Sequence record: KX467643.1
Length of the DNA stretch: 39,399 bases
Strand: one strand, 5' to 3'
A program made the translations under genes and the position numbers. Each line of letters opens with the position of its first letter. Positions within the stretch are counted from its first letter, which is position 1. The notes under the pieces are model-generated. The model did not search any database, was not told the DNA's origin, and saw nothing but the letters and a program-made list of their open reading frames with translations. Below are positions 8,165 to 15,687 of the stretch, in pieces.

Positions 8165-8452
8165 TTAATCAACTTCTATCATTAGTCCTGTTTTTTCCAA
8201 TTCTTCAAATCCTCTTTTTATTTGTTCTATTCTTTTGTCCATTTCCATAGCAATTACATTTATTTGCTCTTTTATTAATTCGTGTCTTATTGTCTCTAAA
8301 ATTCCTACCTCTTTTATTAAATTTATGCTGTGTTGTACTTCACTGTTTTTTACGTTGAAGACCACTTTCGTTTCACAATCCAAAAAAACTATTCCGTTTG
8401 TTGAATTTACCTTAGCTTTACACTCAAGCTTTTTGGATGTTATTTCCGCCAT
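8165..8452 (-). CDS. 95-aa early protein, paralogue of 7301-7600
   Basis: Own promoter (GAGAAACCTTTATATA, 8483-8498); same AATATATAAGTGACC leader as 7301-7600. Confidence 0.8.
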   Translation of the reverse strand: MAEITSKKLECKAKVNSTNGIVFLDCETKVVFNVKNSEVQHSINLIKEVGILETIRHELIKEQINVIAMEMDKRIEQIKRGFEELEKTGLMIEVD

Positions 8453-8922
8453 TTTGGGTCACTTATATATTCTAATTATATATATATAAAGGTTTCTCTA
8501 TCTTTCTTTTTATCGAATTTTCGTTTTCAATTATGTAGAAGGAGCTGGAATATTATTTCAAAATTGAAAAAAAGTTTGAATACTAATTTATTCACTCAAT
8601 TTAAGGAAACAAAAAAGAATTCAAACAAAAAATCTATTGTTTCAAATACTATTTCAATGACTTTATAATCTATACATAAAAATAATCAGAGTGTAATGTA
8701 GTGAATTGGATAAATTTCTGTTAAAAGAGTTTTCACATTTGGGCTAACCCAAACGACAAAAGTTTTTTCTTTAAAAATGATTTTACGCCCTTCTTTTGCC
8801 TAAAACTTAGGCGGGATAAGGGGAAAAATTGCAAGTTAAGGGTTTAAAAATATTTCTAGTAAAATAACGAGTGTTGTTAAAAAAGATTTTTGTATCCAGA
8901 GTGAAACTAATACTATCTTCTT

Positions 8923-9126
8923 TCAATTATCTAAAAGATTTTTCTGAGTAACGAGAGAAAAATTTTTTATTATTTTTGGGATATTTTGAATCGGAACATA
9001 ATTGAATATTTCTACTGAACCATTTCTTATTAGTTTCACGCTTACAAACAAATTATTGTCTTTTATTTCGATATTTAGTATCTCATATTCTTCTTTCATA
9101 GAATAATACTTATTCAGTATTACCAT
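8923..9126 (-). CDS. Hypothetical protein, 67 aa
   Basis: ORF track; plausible beta-rich small protein; no clear RBS. Confidence 0.55.
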   Translation of the reverse strand: MVILNKYYSMKEEYEILNIEIKDNNLFVSVKLIRNGSVEIFNYVPIQNIPKIIKNFSLVTQKNLLDN

Positions 9127-9205
9127 TTAAAGCAAAATTCTCGATATTACCAAATTGACTGTAATATTATCCAAAACTTGAGAAATATAGTGAATAAAAA
9201 TAAGT

Positions 9206-10885
9206 TTAATAGTGAATGGTGATTATTCCATTATATTCGTTTTCGATAAAATTCATTTTTTTCACCGATTGTTTTATGAACAAGTCATGGTTATAAATAA
9301 TATCCAATACGTATCCTTTTTGTTTATTTTGTGATACTCTCATTACTCTACCAATCCTTTGTATTAATTTGATTCTGCTTTTCCCCTGTGTTAATAATAC
9401 TACTAACCTTAGATTTGGAATATCTAAACCTTCATCTGCTAAAGAAGTCGATATTAATACTTGTAACTTTTCATTTTTCAAAGCTTCAATTTTTTCCATC
9501 CTTTCTTCTAGTTTTGTCTTACTTGTCACAAAGTCTGCAATAATTCCATTTTCTCTCATTATTTCGGCTAGTTTTCTAGCTACTGTTATCCTCCTTACAA
9601 TTATTAAACACGGGTATTGGTTTAATTGTTTTATTTTGTTAATGATTTGCTTGTTTGTATTTGGTGAATGCTCAAATGATCTTAACAGTGAAGAGTAATA
9701 TTTAGCAAAATTTTCAGGGTCTTTATTATCATCTAAATCTTTTATTTTCAGTTTTAGTTTTTTAGGAATTTCTGGAATATACCTTATATATTCTATAGGT
9801 ACTAAATACTTGTTTTTAACTAATTCGTTATAATCTATTGTATATGATATTTTTCCTAACAATCCTTGTATTTCTAACTCTTTTCCGTCCTCTCTTAATG
9901 GGGTGGCGGTCAATCCTAAACGTATTGAATTTGGTGAATCCAGGAGTAGTGATTTCACAATATTTGCAGGAGTATGATGGGCTTCATCTACAATTATCAG
10001 ATCAGCGTTAGCAATTAGCTCTTTCAATTTGTCATGTTCATTTCTCTTCTTTTTAGAGTAGTAATAGGAAATTGATAATGCTATAAAGTTACTTTTCTCT
10101 CCTTTTTGTAATTCATCAACTTCACCGGATACTAATGCAAATGGTAGATCTTCTCTTTTTGCAAAATTCTGAAATTGCTTTAGTAAAGTAGTGGAATTTA
10201 CGGCATATACAATTTTGGCATTAGGTTTGTTTTTTAACATTTCTAAAGCAGATAATATAGCAATTACAGATTTTCCAGAACCAGTAGGGGCTTTTATTAT
10301 TCCGTTCCCTGTTGTGTTAATATCACTAATCCACGCTTTAATACTGCTAACCTGGTAATCCCTCATTTCAAAGTTCTTTAACTGAACATTATAAAATTTG
10401 AAATTGGCAAAAGGCTGGATATTAAGTTTAGAAACGTTTTGTAATTTCCAATACAATCCTCTTAAAGTAGCAAATCCGTAATCTCTTTTCCACGCTAATA
10501 ATATTTCTTCTTCTGTATATTTCCCTTCTTTGTAATCAAATGTTTTTATTTTGTAAGTTAACAAGTTTTTGTATTTTTCTAAGTTATCGTAAATATAGAT
10601 ATAATTTCCTTTTATATATGCGTTTATAATTTCACTATCATTTTTCAAGTAGTCCATGAATGGTGAATAAATTGAATCCCCAACGTATTTGGCTAATTCC
10701 TTAACTATTTCTTTAAAATCGTCTCTCGATAGCCTTTTGACTTTGTATTCATTTATATACCATCTCTTAACACTAGGATCGAAATTAGCTATTTGTTTCA
10801 TTAAATTGGTGTAATTCAAAAAATCTTCTCTTGATAAATATTTATTTGGAGATGGTAAATATACCTTATGATTGATCTGAAACAT
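9206..10885 (-). CDS. SF2 XPB/Rad25-like helicase, 559 aa
   Basis: MRDYQ, APTGSGKS, DEAHH, GLTATP, STSLADEGLDIP, QRIGRVMR. Confidence 0.95.
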   Translation of the reverse strand: MFQINHKVYLPSPNKYLSREDFLNYTNLMKQIANFDPSVKRWYINEYKVKRLSRDDFKEIVKELAKYVGDSIYSPFMDYLKNDSEIINAYIKGNYIYIYDNLEKYKNLLTYKIKTFDYKEGKYTEEEILLAWKRDYGFATLRGLYWKLQNVSKLNIQPFANFKFYNVQLKNFEMRDYQVSSIKAWISDINTTGNGIIKAPTGSGKSVIAILSALEMLKNKPNAKIVYAVNSTTLLKQFQNFAKREDLPFALVSGEVDELQKGEKSNFIALSISYYYSKKKRNEHDKLKELIANADLIIVDEAHHTPANIVKSLLLDSPNSIRLGLTATPLREDGKELEIQGLLGKISYTIDYNELVKNKYLVPIEYIRYIPEIPKKLKLKIKDLDDNKDPENFAKYYSSLLRSFEHSPNTNKQIINKIKQLNQYPCLIIVRRITVARKLAEIMRENGIIADFVTSKTKLEERMEKIEALKNEKLQVLISTSLADEGLDIPNLRLVVLLTQGKSRIKLIQRIGRVMRVSQNKQKGYVLDIIYNHDLFIKQSVKKMNFIENEYNGIITIHY

Positions 10886-10953
10886 GTTTTGTCACTATAC
10901 TATTAACATATAAGTTTATAAATTTGTGATATCATAATTTATGTAGAGTAAAC

Positions 10954-11289
10954 ATGTCTACTCAAATCCAAATCAAAAAGTTAATTGAAAGGTGTAATTT
11001 TTTAACCACAACTATGTATGAGAAATATGACTTAAGAAGTATACTAAAACCTAACGAAAAATTCATCGTAAGACAAGGAGACCTTATAATAACAAATAAA
11101 TTAATACCAAAACCAGAATTAAGAGGATTGAGACACATATACTTAACCAATTTAACATTCAGAGGATCCCATATAATTTTACCATTCAAAAACTATACTA
11201 CAATTTTCCATAATGAACATGGTCTTGTAATAATTCCAGAGAAAATAGAAAGATTAGCATTTTACACATTTGACAATTCGGTTGATTGA
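10954..11289 (+). CDS. 111-aa RQGD...HxEH motif protein
   Basis: RQGDL, GSH and HNEHG motifs; overlaps the next ORF. Confidence 0.8.
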   Translation: MSTQIQIKKLIERCNFLTTTMYEKYDLRSILKPNEKFIVRQGDLIITNKLIPKPELRGLRHIYLTNLTFRGSHIILPFKNYTTIFHNEHGLVIIPEKIERLAFYTFDNSVD

Positions 11290-12301
11290 GATGGAGAACA
11301 GAGGGATAAGGATAGCTGAAAGGTATGGCTATAAGTTAGTTCCGAATTTTTTTAACTTATTTTTTATTCTAGACAATTGGAATAATATACCTATTGGGAA
11401 AACAATTGTGAGTCTTTACAATTATCGTCAAAAAGATTTTGATGAAATATTTAAGAAATATGATCAAAATATAGGGATCGCCACTATTAACTATACTACT
11501 ATTCATATTATAAAGCATAGTAACGAATTTGAGATAATTGTTTATAATGTGGATAGCATACATGATCATAAAAGTAGACATCTTCTAAGACTGTTTTTAG
11601 GGAATACGTTTATCTTCAGGAAAGGAAAAGTATATCTTCATGGTATCGTTATCGGAAATTTAATTAAATCGCATGATCTCCAGTTTAAGGTTAAGAAGAT
11701 AAACTTAATCAGGGTAAGGTCACTTTTTGACAATAATATCGTATCTTATTATCCTAAGAAAGAGCTTATAAGAAACTCAATTATTCTAGGGAAAGGGGCT
11801 AACGATAGTATATACGTAATTAATGAGATCAATAACAAGAGAGTTTTATACTATGTCAAAAGAATTAGGAAAATCCCTAGATTAAATAGGATAGCTCTGA
11901 AAAATCACAAGTTGCAATATCAATTTTTCAAAACACTATTACAAAAAGGAATATTACAGAAAGAAATATTATTTCCTATTGTACCCTTGAAGTCGTTAAG
12001 GATTTCTAAAACCACATCATGGAAATTTTCCCCATTATATGTATTTAATGGAAGACTAATAAATACTAACATTTATGCAAGAGCAATGAACCCGGTGTTA
12101 ATCGATTATGACTATGATGAGGCTAATCAAGTTCTGTTAAAGTTTGCTGATGAATTATATCATTCAGTATTGTGCGGGCTCGACTATAAAAATATGTTAT
12201 GGTGTATTGCATTGCCTCCAATAACAAAATTTTGGAAAATAAAAGATGTATATAAGTATGCTTACGATTTAGATAATGAAACGAAAGTGTTCAACTATTA
12301 G
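11270..12301 (+). CDS. Basic protein, about 340 aa, with a C-terminal DUF6745-like segment
   Basis: C-terminal [17 protein letters not shown]...YKYAYDL; paired with the RQGD protein. Start probably ATG 11291. The domain call is an inference. Confidence 0.75.
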   Translation: MTIRLIEMENRGIRIAERYGYKLVPNFFNLFFILDNWNNIPIGKTIVSLYNYRQKDFDEIFKKYDQNIGIATINYTTIHIIKHSNEFEIIVYNVDSIHDHKSRHLLRLFLGNTFIFRKGKVYLHGIVIGNLIKSHDLQFKVKKINLIRVRSLFDNNIVSYYPKKELIRNSIILGKGANDSIYVINEINNKRVLYYVKRIRKIPRLNRIALKNHKLQYQFFKTLLQKGILQKEILFPIVPLKSLRISKTTSWKFSPLYVFNGRLINTNIYARAMNPVLIDYDYDEANQVLLKFADELYHSVLCGLDYKNMLWCIALPPITKFWKIKDVYKYAYDLDNETKVFNY

Positions 12302-12316
12302 CTAATAATCGAAATT

Positions 12317-12598
12317 CTATTTAAATAAACCCATTACTATCTCATATTTTGTTTTTTCCAATTTTTTCGATAATTCTTCTAATTTCTTATTTTCTTCGTC
12401 ATAAAAAATCACGTTCACGACTTTTGGAATTAAATCGTTTTTTATGTTCATATCATGAGATCTTGTAGAACTGTAGATTTTTATTTGATACTTTTTCTCT
12501 AACTCTTTCATGATACATTCCCTATACGATTTATATTCTTTACACATATTAACTAGTTTATAGAAGTATTTTTTTGATATGCGTATTGTGTAGATCAT
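12317..12598 (-). CDS. Tandem RHH-like DNA-binding protein, 93 aa
   Basis: Two strand-helix-helix units (YTIRISKKYFYKL..; VVNVIFYDEENKKLEELSKK..TKYEIV). Confidence 0.7.
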   Translation of the reverse strand: MIYTIRISKKYFYKLVNMCKEYKSYRECIMKELEKKYQIKIYSSTRSHDMNIKNDLIPKVVNVIFYDEENKKLEELSKKLEKTKYEIVMGLFK

Positions 12599-12644
12599 TT
12601 TCTTTCACATATACTTTCTCGTGATTTAATTTATATATTTATTT

Positions 12645-12660
12645 GAGAAAGATTTATATA
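12645..12660 (+). promoter_or_regulatory. Strong BRE-TATA promoter of acrIII-1
   Basis: GAGAAAGATTTATATA, 23 nt before ATG 12683. Confidence 0.75.
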
Positions 12661-12682
12661 GTTCTTTCGCATATGTTGTTGT

Positions 12683-13039
12683 ATGCTATACATTCTCAAT
12701 TCCGCAACCTTGCCCTTAAAACCAGGTAAAGAATATGTAATACACGCAAAAGAACTAACGATAGAGGAGGCAAAGGAACTATTAGAGAATGAGAGATTCA
12801 TTTCGGCAGTAGGACATGAGGCTACAGCAAAAATGTTAACAAATATTTTCGGCGTCGAGATATCAATGAATAGAATCCAGATTTTCCTAGACGACGGTGA
12901 TAAGTTACTATCAATAATCTTAAAGACAAGGCTTGAGGAAGGTAAAGTTATAAAGACTGTAGAGGAATTGGAGCAAATCGGATATAACATATGGTTGTTC
13001 GAAGTCGTCACTTACGTACATAATGCCAAATATGAGTAA
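12683..13039 (+). CDS. acrIII-1: AcrIII-1 viral ring nuclease (DUF1874), degrades cyclic tetra-adenylate
   Basis: LYILNS, ISAVGH45EAT (catalytic His motif), NR64, R83LEEGK; the diagnostic DUF1874 pattern. Confidence 0.92.
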   Translation: MLYILNSATLPLKPGKEYVIHAKELTIEEAKELLENERFISAVGHEATAKMLTNIFGVEISMNRIQIFLDDGDKLLSIILKTRLEEGKVIKTVEELEQIGYNIWLFEVVTYVHNAKYE

Positions 13040-13048
13040 AGTGGGAAA

Positions 13049-13315
13049 ATGGAGGAATTCATTGTAAAGATAGCCGAAAGCAAGGGAATATCAAATCTGA
13101 AATCATACCATTTTAGTATCATCTCGAATTATGAAAATTTTTTTAATTTTATATTACCTAAAGATGTTGTAGAAATTCTTGTAGTGTTGCCTTTTGATGA
13201 GGAAAAAACTAAAACAATTAAGCACGCGATAACTAATATTAGAGGTAAAGCGTCAATTACTATAATGTATAGCGAAAAAATAAGGGACAAAATGGTAATC
13301 GGCTGGAGAACTTAA
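13049..13315 (+). CDS. Hypothetical protein, 88 aa, co-transcribed with acrIII-1
   Basis: GTGGGA RBS; 9 nt after the acrIII-1 stop. Confidence 0.75.
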   Translation: MEEFIVKIAESKGISNLKSYHFSIISNYENFFNFILPKDVVEILVVLPFDEEKTKTIKHAITNIRGKASITIMYSEKIRDKMVIGWRT

Positions 13316-13617
13316 GCTGTAAGTAAAATTTCATTTTTTAATAATTGGTTCACGCTCATTCCTCTTCTCTTCAGCTCATTTTTGATTATTAACTCATTCT
13401 CTTTCTTCATGTGAACCTGTAACCTAACATATTCCTTATCTCCTACTTTAATCACAACGTTCTTTACGTTCCCTTTTCTGTATGATTTAGTGTCATCTTC
13501 TATCCCGAAATAGTTTAACAATAGTTGGCGTAAAACGGCGGATACACTTGTTTCTCTCTTTTCTGCTTCTTCTTTTAATCTATCGTACAACGACTTTTCA
13601 ATCGTTACTATCATCAC
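13312..13617 (-). CDS. avtR: Double-RHH transcription regulator, AvtR (AFV6)-like
   Basis: MMIVT.E...Y..LK..A.K..TSV.AV.R..L..YFGIED...; second RHH YVRLQVHMKK...ELKRRG.SVNQLLK; matches AvtR as recalled and is divergent from the next gene. Confidence 0.8.
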   Translation of the reverse strand: MMIVTIEKSLYDRLKEEAEKRETSVSAVLRQLLLNYFGIEDDTKSYRKGNVKNVVIKVGDKEYVRLQVHMKKENELIIKNELKRRGMSVNQLLKNEILLTA

Positions 13618-13702
13618 ATGTCACTAATAAAATTATTACATCACAAATTTAAAAACTTTGTATTACCCACAAGTTTAAAAATGTGATATCACAATTATAA
13701 AT

Positions 13703-13993
13703 ATGCAACTTAAAGCCACAAGTTTTAGGGCGAATGAAAAAATAATATTCTTGTTAAATTCTAACAAACTTTTTTGTGAGACTTACGACGAATTTTTAAA
13801 TAGATTGATTGATGAATGTGAAGGAGCAATAAATTACGCTAACAATGATATAACTGAAACCTTATCGATTTATTCTTTCAAACTATCTTCAGAAACGATT
13901 GGGAAACTTAGCACAATAGCAAAAAAATATAGAATTACTAGAAGTGAAGCTTTCCGCAAACTGATATTAGCAAAGGCTGAGGGGCTTTGCTAA
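13703..13993 (+). CDS. Tandem RHH-like protein, 96 aa
   Basis: TSFRANEKI..TYDEFLNRLI and YSFKLSSETIGKLSTIAKKYRITRSEAFRKLI. Confidence 0.8.
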   Translation: MQLKATSFRANEKIIFLLNSNKLFCETYDEFLNRLIDECEGAINYANNDITETLSIYSFKLSSETIGKLSTIAKKYRITRSEAFRKLILAKAEGLC

Positions 13994-14784
13994 TAGTTCA
14001 GGTTGTTAAAAAAGGGTGGTATATAGACTATAAGGTGAGTTCACTTGGCGACATCCCGGCAAAGTTCATACCCTACACAAAAACAATCGGCGAAGAAAAA
14101 TATGGTACAGACGCTATGTGTTACATTGTCTTTCCGTTACGACGAATGGAGCCATCCTTTATTCGTGGAGGGTACAATTTGCGAACCTTTGGTGAACGAG
14201 AAAGAGCAAATCAAGGAGATGGAGGAGGAATTAGAGGATATGATCCTGGACTTGTTTGGTATTCAAGTATTATCTTTGCTAGAGGACGAGGGGGTATGGT
14301 ATGGGGGTGCAGTGGGACGACGGATAGTTTGGTACCACAGGTATCCGGGCGACGGGGGGGAATATACATGGTAGACGCTAAACAGATATTGAAGCTTGAT
14401 ATTGATGTTGACGTGAATTTTTATGACCCTAACTGGTTGCTCGAGAAGAAATTACAACAACTTCACGCACTAGGGTATCAAGAAGAAGACGCGTGGTGGG
14501 AATTTTCGCCTTCTGGAAAACATATTCATATTATTATAGTTTTGAAAGACCCCGTTTCAACTAAAGAACTGCTTGATCTCCAATTTCTTCTTGGCGACGA
14601 TCACAAACGCGTTTATTTTAACTATTTAAGATATTCAGTGATGGGTGAGGACGCCGTTCATTTCAACGTGCTTTATACGTACAAAAAGTCCTTAACTTTT
14701 TCTGACAAACTTAAGGCAATTTTACGACATTGGTTTAGGTCAAAGCAATATTCGAAAAATCGCAATGATGGACAAACTACGTGA
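13987..14784 (+). CDS. 265-aa ORF whose C-terminal 138 aa (ATG 14368) is a minimal AEP primase-like domain
   Basis: LDIDVD (DxD), SPSGKHIH (SxxGxH), LLGDDHKR; TTG start with GAGGGG RBS; internal ATG 14368 preceded by a G7 run. Confidence 0.7.
   Translation: MLIVQVVKKGWYIDYKVSSLGDIPAKFIPYTKTIGEEKYGTDAMCYIVFPLRRMEPSFIRGGYNLRTFGERERANQGDGGGIRGYDPGLVWYSSIIFARGRGGMVWGCSGTTDSLVPQVSGRRGGIYMVDAKQILKLDIDVDVNFYDPNWLLEKKLQQLHALGYQEEDAWWEFSPSGKHIHIIIVLKDPVSTKELLDLQFLLGDDHKRVYFNYLRYSVMGEDAVHFNVLYTYKKSLTFSDKLKAILRHWFRSKQYSKNRNDGQTT
14102..14374 (+). CDS. Acidic 90-aa protein overlapping the 265-aa ORF in the +1 frame
   Basis: MVQTLCVTLSFRY...EQIKEMEEELEDMILDLFG reads like a natural protein; its stop overlaps the primase-domain ATG. 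Confidence 0.55.
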   Translation: MVQTLCVTLSFRYDEWSHPLFVEGTICEPLVNEKEQIKEMEEELEDMILDLFGIQVLSLLEDEGVWYGGAVGRRIVWYHRYPGDGGEYTW

Positions 14785-14870
14785 TATAGTTTTCCAGGGA
14801 TTTCTTCAACAATTGCATAACGTACGAGAATTTTCCCTTCCCCTACCCACCCTTCTTCTATTATTCTCAT
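14673..14870 (-). CDS. 65-aa protein, possible HicB-like (dsRBD-like) fold
   Basis: Divergent promoter at 14893-14910; RYAIVEE..LYHVVCPSL pattern; antisense overlap with the primase-like tail. Confidence 0.6.
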   Translation of the reverse strand: MRIIEEGWVGEGKILVRYAIVEEIPGKLYHVVCPSLRFFEYCFDLNQCRKIALSLSEKVKDFLYV

Positions 14871-14892
14871 ATCATCATACTTATCGGGGACA

Positions 14893-14910
14893 CAAAATTT
14901 AAATATTTTG
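14893..14910. promoter_or_regulatory. Palindromic divergent TATA element
   Basis: CAAAATTTAAATATTTTG serves both ATG 14928 (+) and ATG 14870 (-). Confidence 0.7.
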
Positions 14911-14927
14911 TATCCATACCTACTATT

Positions 14928-15290
14928 ATGGAAGAAAATATTGAAAAGGAAAAAATCGAACTACCTGAAGGCAACAATAAATCAGAAACAGAGAAATACA
15001 TAGAAGACCTGATAAATTCCATAGAAAGTGAACTACCAAAACATGTAAATTATACAACAGGAATAATTGTTGACGACGAAAGGAATCTGTTAATTATAAA
15101 GAACGGGAAGTTATATGTAGGTAGAGATGAAGATAGTGTAAAGGAAATAAAAGAATACATGAAAGATGCTAATGCGGGATATCTGATCAATGCTTTATAT
15201 GTCTTAAAGCAAATGTTGCAATCCTATAAGGATTTATGGAGTGGAAAAATAGAAAGAGAAGCGAAAAAGGCATTAAACGAAATAATCTAA
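14928..15290 (+). CDS. Acidic 120-aa protein, monocistronic with strong promoter
   Basis: Leaderless ATG 23 nt after the TATA element. Confidence 0.8.
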   Translation: MEENIEKEKIELPEGNNKSETEKYIEDLINSIESELPKHVNYTTGIIVDDERNLLIIKNGKLYVGRDEDSVKEIKEYMKDANAGYLINALYVLKQMLQSYKDLWSGKIEREAKKALNEII

Positions 15291-15291
15291 G

Positions 15292-15687
15292 TCATTCTTC
15301 CTCTTCAGCCTCTTCGTCAAGAAACTTTTTTAGTTTCTTTTTATTCTTTTTCTTTAACGGCTCTATTTGTACATCTTGTGATTGTTGTGCTTGTTTCTGT
15401 TGCATAAATTGTTGAGCTAGCATCATTTGCAACCAATTACCGTTTCCTTCACCCCCTGGTCTTATTATTCCCGATTGGGTAAGTAGCTGAACCATTTCAT
15501 TAATATGAGTGATAGCAATTTTAACATCTTCCAAAGTCCATTGACCTTTCAAGTGATTATCTAAGATGGACGCAACAGTTTTGACTGCCTGCTTTGTCTT
15601 TTCAAGCTGTTCTTGTAATTCCTGTACTTTCTTTTCTAGTTCTTCTATCTTCTTATTGACGTCTTGTTCGGGCTTTTGCTCACTCAT
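15292..15687 (-). CDS. Coiled-coil protein, 131 aa, Gln-rich with basic/acidic tail
   Basis: Heptads KKIEELEKKVQELQEQLEK; coupled to the upstream gene. Confidence 0.85.
   Translation of the reverse strand: MSEQKPEQDVNKKIEELEKKVQELQEQLEKTKQAVKTVASILDNHLKGQWTLEDVKIAITHINEMVQLLTQSGIIRPGGEGNGNWLQMMLAQQFMQQKQAQQSQDVQIEPLKKKNKKKLKKFLDEEAEEEE

Noticed and set aside
8860-8880. TAACAACAC resembling the start of another recalled Sulfolobus repeat (GTAACAACAC...)
   Set aside because: Only 9 nt match and the rest diverges; likely chance.
8881-8944. Canonical CRISPR array
   Set aside because: One repeat-like unit plus a partial copy only, with no leader or multiple spacers; kept only as a solitary-unit hypothesis.
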